Of a stretch of DNA of 64,000 nucleotides, positions 21,051 to 34,578 are shown piece after piece; positions within the stretch are counted from its first letter, which is position 1, and every line of letters begins with the position of its first letter. The translations under genes were made by a program, and so were the position numbers. Under the pieces are notes generated by a model. The model saw only the letters and a list, made by a program, of their open reading frames with translations. It did no database searches and was not told the DNA's origin. Source of the stretch: Eledone cirrhosa (lineage: Eukaryota); the NCBI GenBank assembly GCA_964016885.1, contig OZ024742.1:268150001-268214000 (forward strand), read 5' to 3'.

Positions 21051-24000
21051 TAACAAAACAATAACAAAGAAAAATTCCAAAATAGGGGGGAGACTTCCGA
21101 GGGACATTCGTGGAGAAAGCCCATTAAAACCACAGTTAATCTGACCACCAGGGCAAGTACTCTCTCCAAGTTTTTCACCTTCAATTTACAGACACATACT
21201 CAGAGTATGCCCATTCACTCGGGCCTTTCTTGCCTCTCTCACCCATCTTTCAACAAAATGCTGGGAAGAGAGCACTTCCCTCCCCATCCTGATTTTCCTT
21301 TTCAAATGAAATTTGAAAAAGGTAATCAGGGCATCACCGAAGAGGGAAGTGCTCGTCTTCAGCCCTTTTAAACGTGTCCACCATACTATCTCTTTCGCCA
21401 TGGCCCCCAGACAGATAAAAACTGCCTGCCCTTCCCGGCTAAAGGAAAAGAGCGGGGCAATCCTCACGATGGACTCAGCTGATAGCTGGATCCGTCCTAC
21501 ACGCGACAGCAGGTGTTCGACATAAACCCACAAGTTAGCAATGCTCGGACACTGGACGAGTGCGTGTAGGACGGTTTCGTCGCTCTGTAGAGTTTATCCT
21601 GATCTGGCGAAGCTCCTGGTAGCACTGCTAGGCCAGAGGTTTCTGGAACTGTCCACAGGCCCCGGGACGAAAGTTGTTACCAAGAGATTGGCTAGTTGAT
21701 TTTTGTCGACGACTAGAGTTTCCCCAAGTAAGTCGTCGCTCTTCCCCTCCACTAATCCTCTATAGAATGCGGCTGGAGTTTCCACGGATCACATTGCCCG
21801 ACTGGTCGAGGGCTGTGATTGCCTGAAGACATACCAGTCACCAAGCGCTCCCTCTCGGTTTTCGCTTGACCCATGACTGCAGCACCGCCAAGGAGACGAG
21901 CTGGGGAAGACGGGTCAAGCAAACGGCGACCACAGCTGATCACCGTCGAGGAAGAGGTAGAGGTGTCGTAGCCTGAGCGCGTGTCTGCACATCATTAGCC
22001 ATGGCATGCCCAGTTCTCCAGGCAACGGGTGTTGGCAGCAGATGGACCGCCTGACCATCGGAGCGCGTCCCTTCCAAAAAAAAGCGAAAGAGTAAACGAT
22101 CCACTGCAGTCAGGCGAGGCTTAGGACAAAGCACGACGGTCAGGCGGTAGTAGATGACGGACGCGATGTACGCGTTAGCCACATCCGCTCCACCTTTCAG
22201 GGATAGCTTCCTCTCCGCCCATTTCTGGGTGATAGAAGTCACCCTGCTCGTTACTTCGTCCCAGTTTTTGCCCGTCTGGAGGTCCGGAACGAACCAGACC
22301 CCTAGCAATGTAACCGGTCCGTCCGTCCAGCGCCCGACGACGCTGTTGGACCTATGGACCTGCCTCATCAGGTGCCGAGCTGCAGGCGCACTGACTCTTC
22401 CTGGTTGAACATTGCTCCTGTCATCGCTTCGTATTCTCTTAGTGTAGTGCCGGTCGCCTCAATGTGTTGTCGTTCGACACCACTACGGTGACATCGTCCC
22501 CACATGCTGACACGGATCTTCCGCATCCTAGTTCGCGCGGGACGCCCCTCAACGTCTCCAGTTTGTGCAGTAATGGCTCGAGAGTCAATACGTACAAGAG
22601 GGACCAGAGGGGACATCCTTGGCAGACCGAATCGTGGCTTTGTTGCCACGACAAGCCTCCGCCACTCGGGCCCATTGAACGGCTTCGTCCCCTCTTGTCT
22701 GAGAGCACGCACTCTAGCTCTGAGAACTCAGCCTTCGTGCTTTGCATTGAAGAATTGGTCAAGAGCCAATTTCGCATCAAGTACGTCGGTCGCGATGCCT
22801 TTGCTAAGCGCCTCGTCTAATTTTCTAACTAGTTCTCCCTCCGCTCTATTTTTCTCTTTTGCTAAAGCCTTACTAAAAACCTAATGGACTCTATTCTAAT
22901 CGCTCTTTTCAGAGCAAACCAACACTTGTTGACAATGGCTCCCACCAACGCCCGCTTAACTTGTTCGCTAATCCGGTCTCTGTAGGCCTTGTGCACTGGT
23001 AAGGACGCGTTAGCTTCCAGTAGCTGGATCCTTGTCTATGAATCCTATCTATGTCAACCACACAGATCACGAATTTGTGGTCCGTGTAGCTGACTATCTT
23101 TAATTGTGGACAACCTAAGCTAGACCTATCTATTTCCCTACAAAATGAGCTATCTAGATATGATCAGGATGACCCGATGGGGTTTGTTCAAGTCCACATT
23201 GGCACTTTCGGGAAATCCAATCGGTACCTGTCAGACAGTTCAAAACGCCTGAGCAGGTTGGTGAGGTTCTTGCACCATCCTCCCCTATCCGCTAATCCCA
23301 CACAGTCCCAGCGTGCATCTACGATCCTGTTCCAGTCGCCCACTAACACTAAAGAGCGGGACGTTCCAAGAAAGGTCTCCAGACGCTGGAAGAAATCAGG
23401 CCGTCCTGATGCTGTCGGGGCATAGACGGCCACTAGCCTGAAAGCTTGCCCGTCTCCGCTGGTCACGTACAACACCACCAACTTACCTTCGGAGTCCAGG
23501 AAGATGGCCCGTATGGCGAGATCCAAACCTCTCCGAAAAACACAGCAACTCCACCCCCGATCCCGGACGGCTGGGAGATGCGTTCACATCGTAGCCGCCG
23601 AAGATCGGTGCGAAGGCCCGTGCTTCGGAGGATCTGGTCTCGCTGATGTCCACTACATCTATGTTTAGTGACCTGGGGTCGTTGAGCAGGTGGCCCTGCT
23701 TCCATGACGACCCCAAGCCATGCGCATTTATGCTGCCTATTCTGAGTGAGGTCATGTTGAAATGGAGTGGAAAAGATGGGAAAGACCACTTACCTTACTT
23801 CTCGTAGAGGAAGTACGGTTTCTCCATCCTTTTCACTGCTAGTGGCCTCCTCAGGAAGAATGTCCTTATAAATGCTCCTGGAGTGTGCTTGTCAGAAGTC
23901 TCCGATGTCTTTGGGGAATTTTTGTTTTAGTGTCATGTACGTTTTCTGTGTGATGCGAGTGATTTGTATGTGTGGAGGTGGTGTGAACTTTTGGGTTGTT

Positions 24001-25497
24001 GTGTAATATTTTTCTGTGATGCTGGTGTTATGTTGGATGTAGTGTAATAATTGGTTGTTGTTCAAATGCAATGCTGTGTAATGTGTATCGTTTTGGTTGT
24101 TTTGTTTGTTTGTGTTTGTTGTGGGTTTGTTTCTGTTTCGCTTTTTGATGACATTTGTGGTGTCGGTGATGGTGGTGTTGGGGTTAATGATGGTGATGGT
24201 GTTGGTATTTGGGGAGATGGGGTTGGTGATGCTGTCGTAACTTTTTTGTTTGATAGTTTATTTGTTTTGCTCTGTATTTTGTTTTTGGAGGGAGAAGGAA
24301 GAGAATTCTTTTCTTTTTTGGTTTCCTGATACCGTTTCCCACTCCTCGTCGTTACAATCTGTCTCCAGTTGTGATAGGCCGGGGAGTGGAAAATCATCCA
24401 CAGGCGTTAGTTTTGGTGATGTCGTGGTGGATGATGTAGGCGCTAGTGCTAGTTCTGAAGCATTCGGTGGTGGTGGTGTTGGTTTTGCTACTGTTGCTGG
24501 GGTTGTTGCTGTTACAGTTGCTTCTGTTGTTGCTGCTACAGTTGTTGCTGCCATCTCTGCTGCTGGTGGTGTTGATGGTTGAGTCACTGGGGTGGGTAGC
24601 AGAGGTGGCCGCAACTTTTTAGCCTGAGGGCAGAAAGCCCTTAGGTGGGTTCCTTCACCACAAACGACACACCTAGGCCTTCTGCCCTCGACAATTACAG
24701 TGAGATGTCAGTGAGGTCTATTACCTCTGGGATCTCCTCAGTGCTTTTTTGGTCCGCTTGAATCAGGAGCTCCATCAGGAGCTAACCCTGTACCCATCTT
24801 TCTTTACCATTTTGGGGGCTTCTTCTAGTTCCTCCTGAGTTACCTGAAATGCTTCGCACTGTTTTGCTACTCTGGCAAAACTCAGGGTGGTTTTCTTAAT
24901 GTCATTGTTGCTGTTGTTGTTATCGTTATTTTTGTTATTATTAATTTTAGTTTCAGTTGTGGTGGTGGTGGCGTCAGTGGTGTTCGCTGTGGAAGAGTTC
25001 ATTTTGGTTGATATCATTTCGATATCACGAGTTAATTTATTTTTTTCTTTTGTTTCTGTTGTCGCGGTGGTGGAGGGGGTGGTCGTTATCGCCGTGGTGG
25101 TGCTGGTGGCCGCTTTAACACCTGCAGTCATTGGTAATGGCGGGAAATGAATATCTGCCTGAGACAAATTTAAAATATTGCTACTGCTTATATTTTTGGT
25201 GTTGGCAAACGTAGTAATATTTACAATGGTGGTGTCGGTTTGAGGTGTTAGTTTGTGAGAAAGGAGTGACTCTGAGTCAGCCATGATGTTTCAAAGAAAC
25301 ATTTTTGTTTGATAATTATAAAAGTTTAAATTTTGGGCTCAAGGCCCCAATCTTTTTGGGTGTCCTTTTCAGATAACAATGTATGTGCACTTATATACAG
25401 TTAACACTAAAATTTTCCATGAATGGCAATTTTGAACAACTGAAAATAACAAACCTTTGCGGAGCTCACGATGATACGATTTACTACGTAGGTCGGC
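21051..25497 (-). mobile_element. Tx1-clade element type beta, older, with internal deletions
   Basis: Fragmented APE/RT/ORF1 ORFs; deletions near 21588, 22625 (most of the RT N-half) and 24775; 5' end abuts (AAT)n at 25498-25545. Confidence 0.92.
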
Positions 25498-25545
<48 letters not shown>

Positions 25546-25547
<2 letters not shown>

Positions 25548-28500
25548 TTTCTTTATTGGCCACAAGGGCTGAAATCATGAAAAACGGCACAGGACGGTAC
25601 AGGACGGTGCGATGTGGGTTTTGTTCGTGTAAAGATTTTTATTATTTATATAAGAAAAGAAAAAGAAAAAGACATATAAACATATATATATTATTAAACA
25701 ATAAAAATGAAAATTGAAACAATGAAAAATTCTCCAATAGAGGCGAAACCTCCGAGGGTTACTCGTGGCTAAAAACACACAAAAGACCACCAGGGCAAGG
25801 ACCCTCTCGCAATTTTTCCATTTCTCATACTACGGGTGTATATTCAGAGCGGTGTCGTTCACTCGGACCATTCTCGCTACATTAACCCAGTTTTCAAGAA
25901 ACTTGCTAGAAGGCAGCACTTGCTTTCCACCCTCATTTTCCTTTACAAGTGAACCTTGAAAAAGTTAATTAACGATTCCCAAAGCGGAAAGTATCTGTCT
26001 TTAACCCTTTAAACCGTGTCCACCACACAATCTCTTTCGCCATGCCCACCAGGAAGATGAAAACCGCCTGCCATTCCTCCTCGAAGGAAGACGCCGAGAC
26101 CATCTGCACAATGGACTCAGTCTATAACCGGATCAGTCCTACACGCGACAGCCACTGTTCGACATAGCTCCACAAGTCAGCAATGCTCGGACACTGAACG
26201 AGTGCGTGCACGACTGTTTCGTCGCTCTGTGCGAATATCGGACAGGATCGGCTGACGGCAATTCCGTGCCTGTAGAGCTTATCTTGAACCGGCAACGCTC
26301 CCCGGTAGCACTGCTAGGCTAGGGATTTCTGGAAGTTATCCATAGGCCCTGGGCTGAAAGTTCTCCGGAAGAGAGCAAACAGCTGATCTTCTTCGACCCC
26401 CAGGATCTCTCCGAGAACGTCGTCGCTCTTCCCCTCCACTAGGCCTCTATAGAACTCCGAGGTGGATGTTCCACCTGTACTGGTGCCCAGCTGGTGAGCG
26501 CCTGGAGACATTCCAGTTTCCAAGCGCTATCCCTCGGTCTTTTCCTGACCCAGGACTGCAGCTCCGTCAAGGAGACGAGCTGTGGGAAAGCGTGCCTGGC
26601 GAACGGCGACCACACCTGGTCACCGTCAAGGAAGCACCACAGATGTCGCAGCCTCAGTGCATGTTTGCGCATTATCAGCCATGATGCTGAACGGCTGCGA
26701 CAGGTGACCGCTCACCCTTACAACCGAGCAGATATCGCTGTACATCGCAGCCAACCAACCCGGTGAAGACGGGACCGAAACCGCCTGCCTCGGGGACCGC
26801 CGCCAGGTACCGATGGTCGACCCTATCGCATGCTTTGGATTGTCACCCACTAACACTAGAGAGCGCGACGTTCCAAGAAATGTCTCTAGAGGTCTAAAGA
26901 AATCTGGCTGTCCTGTCCCTGTCGGGGCATAGACGGCTATTAGCCTGAAAGCGTAGCCTTCGGTGCCGGTCACGTCCAGTACCGCCGACTTACCTACTGG
27001 GTCTAGGAAGATGGCCCGTATGGCGAGATCCTAGCTTCTCCGAAAAAGGACGGCAACCCCTCCACCCGATCCTGGACGGATGGGAGATGCGTATACATTG
27101 TAGCCGCCGATGATCAGTGCGAAGGCTCGTGCTGCGGAGATTCTGGTCTCGCTGATGGCCACCACATCTATGTTTAGTGACCCGAGGTCGTTGAGCAGGT
27201 GACCCTGCTTCCAAGATGACCCCAGGCCACGTGCATTTATACTGCCTATTCTGAGTACGGCCATGTTGGATGAGAAACAGGGCAACTGAGAAAGGATCAC
27301 TTACCTTGATCGTGTGGTGAAGGGACAGTAGAACCGTCGCTTTGGCTGGTCATGGGTGTTTCCAGGAAGATGTCAGTGTATATCCTCTTGGTAACCGACC
27401 CTCTGAAGTCTTCAACTGCGTTGGGGAATTTTTGTTTTAAATTGTGTACTGTTCTATTGAGATTTCAATGATGCTTATGTTTGTCGGGAGAGTTCTTGGT
27501 GTTGGTGGGGTGTAGTAGTTTTTTTTCTGAGATGTCTGTGTGCTGCTTTATATATTGTATGAGTTTATTTTTGCCATGTTTATGGCTGTGTACTTTTTGG
27601 GGCGGGGTGATTTTGTTGCTGTTTGGTGTGTGAGTTTTGTTTTGTTTGCGCTGTTGGTGTTTTTGCTGATGCTGCTGGTGGTGGTTGCTGTTGGCGGTGG
27701 TGCTTATGGTGGTGATGGTGATGGTGGTGGTGTTGCTGCAAGTTTCCTTGCTGCCTTTACCCCTCTTAGTGTGCCTTCGCTTTTGGAAGGCGAAGCTAAG
27801 GGTTATTTTGTTTTTTTGTTTGTTGTGGCAGACCGTTTGCCACTTCAATCCCGCCTCAAACTCCATGTCGGATTACGTGGTGTATAGGAGGGGTATGTGC
27901 TCGACGGCTGTTGGTGGTGGTAGTGGATCTCTCTTCGGCAATTTTGTTGCCTGTGTAGCTATTGGTGTTGCCGCCACTGATGCTGATGCTTTAGTTGTCC
28001 GTGGCCTTGTTACGGGTGCCACGGACGTTGCCCTCCTACGCACCGTGGAAGGGGATTCTGCGTTTGTTGCCTGCCCTGCTCTTGGTAGCAGCGGAACAGG
28101 TATTGGATGGAGAGGGGCCTTCTTCGCTTTCTTCTGCGGGCAAAAGGCCCTGAGGTGACCCTTTGACTCACAGAGATAACATTTTGGCCGTCTTCCTTCT
28201 ACGCTTATAGGGAGTTGGAGTCCTTCCTCGACATCTATGATATCGGGGATAGCGTCGATACATGGTCAGTTTGTATAAGCATTTCCATGCCTATACCTGA
28301 CCAGTTCTCTCTCCCTATTTTCTCTACTTTCGGCATGGTCGTCCTGACCTCGATTCCAGCAAGGTCAAACGCAGCCTGCCGAGGTATGGGCATGTCGGGT
28401 GGGACTTGTGTCACTTTGACCCTCACAATTGTCTGCCAGCAGCAGGAGGGCACCAAGACTATCTCCTCACTCTTTAGAGTTTCCAACGTGTGAGACTTCG

Positions 28501-29534
28501 CTTCTTGGAGGGCGCCAAATGTACGTCTACTGTGTCGTATTTTCTGCCTCGGGTGATGTGGGTTTTGCGTGCCCAGATGCACACCAAGTCCTTCTGGATT
28601 TGAGCCTCCGTGGTTCTCTCCACCCGATGTGAGATTTTGATTACGGTGCGGTAAGTCGTCGTCCGTAGCTGATAGTTCTTGAAAAAATCGGGTGGAAGTT
28701 TGAGGGAGAGTCTATTGGCGCTTCTTGTCACCATGGCCCTTGCGACTGCCATATCCTCCTCTGTGACTAACACTGTTTCGATATTTCTGGCAACACCTGC
28801 AAAAGAAATGGTCCCTTTTCAGCAGCACCACTATTGTTGCCGCTACCGGTCCTGCTTGTGGTGCTGGGATCGCTGTTACAGGTATCGATGTCATTGTTGA
28901 TGTTTTCGTTGGTACTGTTGTTGTTGTTGTTTTCGTTGATACTGTTGCTGTTGTTACTGTTATTGTGGCTGTTGTTATTATTGTTGTTTTTGTTGATACT
29001 GTTCCTACTATTATTGTTGTTGTGGCTGTTGTTATTGTCATTGTTATTGTCGTTCTCGCCCTTACAACTGTTATTTTTGTTATTGCTTTTGTTAATGATG
29101 GTGTTGTTGTTGGTGTTATTGTTGGTATTGTTTGTGTTAGAAATATTTGGTGATTTTAAATCTGTAACAATATCGTTAAAAATGATAGTGTTCCTCTTTT
29201 CCTTCGTAATATTTTCTTTTAAAATTACCTTCGCTGGAACGCTGTCTTGCTGATATGTTGACAAAATCTCCCTCTCTCTGTGTTGTCTGACAGCGCTCTC
29301 TCGCTTTCTTGTGTTATCAATGTTGAAAGACATTTTTTCCAAATAATATTTTACACAATACGACACCCCGTAAAGGGGTGCCGTATTATTTACGAGTGAA
29401 CCCCTCTATTAGGTGGGTCACTTCTTCTGAACTTTTATCAAGTTTGAAACTTGAATAACAAGTTTAGAACGGGTGAAAACGAGGTGAACTGTTGAAAAAA
29501 AACTGGAGGCGATAAGAAGCGTGACTTCCCCTTC
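25546..29534 (-). mobile_element. Divergent Tx1-clade element, ORF1 type gamma, most of ORF2 deleted
   Basis: ORF2 start MAVLRIGSINARGLG (ATG 27264); distinct 3'UTR ending AATAAAGAAATC; ORF1 remnants 27297-29333 with poly-Asn N-terminus; deletions near 26680, 26760 and 26840; (AAT)n on both sides. Confidence 0.88.
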
Positions 29535-29555
29535 AATAATAATAATAATAACAAT

Positions 29556-30136
29556 GAGAGGTATATTCCAGGGAGATAGTTTGTACCCTCTGCTGTTTGT
29601 CCTTCCTCTGATACCCCTGACCGTTATATTGCGAAAGTGAGAGCAGGATACAAGTTGGGAAAAGGAGAGCTTACCATCAACCACATCCTTTTCATGGACG
29701 ATCTTAAACTCTTTGGAAAGAGTGAGAAGGCGTTGGATGTACTTGTTGACACTGTCCGTATTTTCAGCAATGACATATGTATGGAATTTGGTATTAATAA
29801 GTATGGAGTCCTAGTGACGAAGAGGGTTACATTGAGCAGAGCAACGGAATCCAGGTACCAGGGCTTAAAGTGGGAGTTAAAAAAGGATTTGGAACTGCCA
29901 TGAAGTCAAGGTCGTCCCGATTGTCTTAGGCGCACTAGGTACTCTCTGAAAAAGTTTCTAAAGATAGTTAAAGAATATTAGTCCAGCCCCGCTCTTTGGA
30001 ACACTTCAAAAGGCATGCTTGCTGGGAACAGCAAGAACCCTCCGATACGTCCTGAATATCTGAGGCTGCAGGCAGCGGCTTGATATTCATTTCAACGAAC
30101 TTTCCAGTTAAATAACATCAATGACTGAGACTCAAA
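29556..30136 (+). mobile_element. Older Dong-A subfamily fragment with about 1.07 kb internal deletion
   Basis: RT (INHILFMDDLKLF) joined near 29852 to the RLE end (RYQGLKWE); followed by (AAT)n. Confidence 0.9.
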
Positions 30137-30140
30137 GAAC

Positions 30141-30191
<51 letters not shown>

Positions 30192-30194
<3 letters not shown>

Positions 30195-31115
30195 GGAGCC
30201 AATGCTCAGAACTGTACTGAAGGAGGGGACAATAGGCCAGGGGATGCCCAAGGAGGAAATAACATCAAGGAAAAAGAGCAGCCTTCAGGGAAAATCCCTT
30301 CATAGTACCTTCTTTGAGAAAACTGAATTTAGAGATCCACAGACATGGAACTGGTTGAGAAGAGGAGACCTCAAAAAGGCTACAGAAGGAATGTTAATGG
30401 CTGCGCAGGAGCAGGCCCTCAAAACGAAGTGGTTGAAACACCATATTTAAAAGGAGGAGGCTAGCCCACTGCAGGATCTGTGGAGAGAGAGAGGAGACTG
30501 TGGCTCATATTGTATCCGAGTGTAGACACCTAGCCCAGACCCACTATAAGGGCTGGAGACATGATGTGATGGGCAGGGTGATCCACTGGCACCTGTGCAA
30601 AGTAAACAATTTACCACATTCTGAGAAATGGTATGAGCATAAACCAGAGGCGGTGATGGAGAACGATCAGGTGAAGGTGGTGTGGGATTTTAGGAGACAG
30701 ACGGACAAGAAACTGGAACACAATAGACCTGACCTGGTGGTTGTGGACAAAGAAAAAAGATGGTGTCTGATTGTGGATGTGGCCTGCCCATTCAACACGA
30801 GAGTGCAAGAGAAGGAGAAGGAGAAAATTAACCGATACCAGGACTTAAAGTGGGAGGTAAAAAGGATTTGGAACTGCCATGAAGTCAAAGTGAACCCGAT
30901 TGTCATAGGCGCACTGGGGACTATCTCCAAAAGTTTCCAGGGATGGTTAAATAAAATCGGCCCCTTCACGCCTTTTGAAACGCTTCAAAAGGCATGCTTT
31001 CTGGGAACAGTAAGAACCCTCCGATACGTCCTGAATATCTGAGGCTGCAGGTAGTGGCTTGATATTCATTCCAACGGACTTTCCAGTTAACTAACATCAA
31101 TGACTGAGATTAAAG

Positions 31116-31116
<1 letters not shown>
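30192..31116 (+). mobile_element. 5'-truncated Dong-A copy (CCHC + RLE + 3'UTR)
   Basis: ORFs 30121-30450 and 30500-31042 match the intact copy; (AAT)n on both sides. Confidence 0.94.
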
Positions 31117-31185
<69 letters not shown>

Positions 31186-32978
31186 CCGCTTTTATTCTGC
31201 ATCGCACTTATACCATTAAGTAAAATGCTCAATGAAACAAAACATGGATATAGAGTCTATGACAAAACCATTAATCACCTGTTCTACATGGATGACCTGA
31301 AACTATTCGCAAAAAATGATGAACAATTGCAAGGGCTATTATCCACTGTGAAGCAGTTCAGTGATGACATTAAGATGGAGTTTGGACTGGATAAATGCGC
31401 CAAAGCAACGTTCACCAGAGGAAAGCTGCTGAAGAGTTCAGACATTAATCTTGATCGGGGGAACGTGATAAGAGAGCTTGATCAAGAACAAACTTACAAA
31501 TATCTAGGTGTTTGTGAAGGAGACGGAATCAAGCACTCGACAATGAGGGAAAGGATAAGGAAGGAATGTTACCGCAGAGTCAGAGCAATCTTAAGAACGG
31601 AATTGAATGCAAGGAATAGGATCGATGCCATAAACACGCTTGCCATACCAGTAGTAACCTACAGTTACAATGTCATCAACTGGTCAAGCACAGAGATCCG
31701 TAGGCTCGATACAAAAATCCGAAAATTCTTAACCATGCACAGAATGCATCACCCTAAGGCAGATATAGATAGAATATATCTCCCTAGGAAAGAAGGAGGA
31801 CGTGGGTTAATCCAGTTAGACATTGCGTTGAAAACTGCAACAATTGGATTATCCACATATCTAAGGGAATCACATGATTGGATGATCAAACTCGTTTTGA
31901 AACACGAAAGCATCAAAAGATCATATTCCATTACAAAAGATGCACAAAGATACAGTAATGGACTACACATTTCAGAAGTCCCATTTACTGCTGAAATGGA
32001 AAACACAGAAAAAGCAAAGCAGGTAAAAGTAACTGCAAAGAAAGAACTGCTACAGAAACTGGCTAAGAAATGGCAAGAAAAGCCTCTGTATGGAAAATAC
32101 CCAGAGCGAGCTAACAATCCTGATGTTGACACAACTTTAACCCAATAGTGGTTGGCATCCTCTGGACTGAAATCGGAGACTGAAGGACTGATTATATCAG
32201 CACAAGATCAGTGTCTGCCAACAAAAAATTACCAAGCCAACATAATAAAAAACGGATGCAGCCCATTATGCCGTGTATGCAAAAAACAACCAGAGACGAT
32301 TGACCATATAATTTCAATGTGCAGTCCTATAGCTCCAACCGAATACCTAAACAGGCATGACAGAGCTGCACAATACATACATTGGATAATGTGTAAGCAT
32401 TTTGACCTGCCCCATCAAAAGAATTGGTGGGAGCATCAACCACCTCCCATACTTGAGAAAGATCACATCTCAATCTTGTGGAACTTTAGCATCCAAACAG
32501 ACCGAAAAATAGATGCAAATAGACCTGATATAATATTGAAGGACTTTAAAAAGAGGGTATGCCTGCTAATTGATATGTCTGTTCCAATAGACAAGAATGT
32601 ATCTATAAAAACATTTGAAAAATTGAGCAAGTATAAAGACCTGGAGATAGAAATTGAAAAAATGTGGAAATTGAGAACTAAAACAATACCAGTGGTTGTA
32701 GGCGCTCTGGGAATGATACCTAGGGGGTCTAATGATTACTTATCGCAAATCCCAGGAAACCCGCGTATAGGAGAAATACAAAAGATAGTACTAATGGGAA
32801 CTACCCATATACTAAGGAAGATTCTGTCAATATAAGTACATCACAACTCTAAACACTAAATACATGTGTGAGTATGTATGTTCTTTCTTGGACATGGCGG
32901 ACCTTGTTGTCTCTTGCGGTCACTGGTTGTGACTTGGTGATAACTCGTATGAACATAAAGCAAGATAAATGCAACTGT
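31186..32978 (+). mobile_element. 5'-truncated Dong-B copy (RT C-half, CCHC, RLE, 3'UTR)
   Basis: ORFs 31225-32148 and 32152-32835 are separated by a single TAG; (AAT)n on both sides. Confidence 0.94.
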
Positions 32979-33002
32979 AATATTAATAATAATAATAATA
33001 AT

Positions 33003-33960
33003 TCAGGCTATCAAGCATTGGACTTGATCACTACCTTAAAAGCACATCGTGAAAATGCTGATGATTCTGCAATTAAAGCCATAAAGAAGATCAAAACCTC
33101 GGAAAAAACATCAGACTCAACAGAGATTGTGTACTGAATGGCCCTAAACTCCACTGCATCAGCAGTATGTTATCCGTAGCAAAGAATCTGATGTAGACCA
33201 ATATGTCATCCAGCAGTGGTTGCTGATTTCTGGGTTAAAGGCAGAGAGTGGGGGCTTCGTTTTATCTGCCCAATACTATTTTCTGTCAACACACGATGTT
33301 CAAGCCAATGTAATCAGCAATGGAACTGATTCAAATTGTTGACTCTGGGATAAGCATGTTGAAACTTTTGACCGCCTGGTTCTATGCTGCAAAACTGTAG
33401 CTCCTCGAAAATATAAAGCGAGGCATAATAGTGTGAGTACATATTTACACTGGGTAATGTTCAGGTTCTATGGTCTGAAAATGGAGGGAATATGTTACAT
33501 CAATTACCCAGAGGAAGTAAGAGGAGGCAATATTTCCCTGTGAACACTGACCGAACAATCCTCATCTCCCGAAAGACTTTGGAAAGTTCAGTAAGTAGAA
33601 AGATCTATCAATTAAAATTGAGAAAATGTGCCATCTATAGACATATACCTTGCCTGCCATAGTCAGCGAACTTGGAATGATAACAACGGGAACTGACAAA
33701 TTTTGGATCAGATAACTGGTAAGCTATCTCTACAAGATATACAGAAAATTAGTGCTAACTGGTACTGGCCATCTCGCGAGAAGGTCATTATCAATTAAAA
33801 AAACCTTGCAAAGACATTTAATGCTGTTCTTGCCCTTCTGGTATCATTTGTATGGTAATTGATTATAAATTGTACGTATTGTGAAATGTTGCCTCAGGTG
33901 CCAGTTTAACACTGCATGATTTGGGAAAGAAGCAGAATTCAAAGTAATTTCAAATGATTA
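33003..33960 (+). mobile_element. Ancient, highly degenerate third R4/Dong family (C), 3' part
   Basis: Hand translation near 33210 gives QQWLLISGLKAESGGFVLSAQ...QANVISNGTDSNC, homologous to Dong-B HQWLASSGLKSETEGLIISAQ...QANIIKNGCSPLC. Starts right after (AAT)n. Right boundary approximate. Confidence 0.72.
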
Positions 33961-34379
33961 TAATATTCTTGTTAGGTCACTCTTGAGTGCTACTGGTAGC
34001 TTGTAACCCAGTACAACATGTCGCATGGTTCGGCGTCGGCGACTATTCGAGCAACCCCACCAAGTTTACTTTGTGAGGAGGGTGATTTTGGACATCCTTC
34101 AGGACAAAAAACATAAGTGGAAACTGCCATCTAAAAAAAAAGAAATGCTGCCAAGTCAACGGGTGGCAGTAGTTCCAGCTCACGCATCGAAAGACTGGTG
34201 TAGTGTTTTTGAGAACAAAGCGGATTTGCAGATGATCAATGCAAATTGACAATGGAAAGGCATTCCCGATTGAGTGAGAAGAGAACTATTGATCTTCAGG
34301 AGAAGCAGCGACCCCTGATTGTATTCAGCAACCGAAACAAATATGAAGTACGACAAATCCAATGCTCCTAAGGGCGGCC

Positions 34380-34532
34380 CTTGCTCTTGTCCTCGCCGCA
34401 GTGCTCTGGAAACCGGCGGTTGGAAGAAGAGACGTGGGATGACAGGCTGAGAAATGTCATGCTCGACCGGGACGACTGGAGAAGGCGTGCGGAATCTTTG
34501 TGAGTGTAAACTCGGCCGAACGAACGAACGAA
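34380..34532 (+). mobile_element. RTE-clade LINE 3' end remnant with (CGAA)n tail
   Basis: Translates to LWKPAVGRRDVG and LRNVMLDRDDWRRR, typical RTE C-terminal motifs; ends GAACGAACGAACGAA. Confidence 0.55.
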
Positions 34533-34545
34533 TAATATTAATACT

Positions 34546-34578
34546 TCGCTGTTTCGGATACTAATCTTTCATCTGAAA
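34546..34578 (-). ncRNA. Degenerate minimal hammerhead motif (Penelope pLTR-like)
   Basis: Minus strand CAGAUGA-AAGAU-UAGU-AUCC-GAAAC-AGCG. Core and helix III are mutated; related to the motif at 45872. Confidence 0.4.

Noticed and set aside
1201-33003. Repeat-spacer alternation resembling a CRISPR or telomeric array
   Set aside because: The spacers are kb-sized retrotransposons, the repeats are variable-length (AAT)n, and there are no cas genes or TTAGGG-type repeats.
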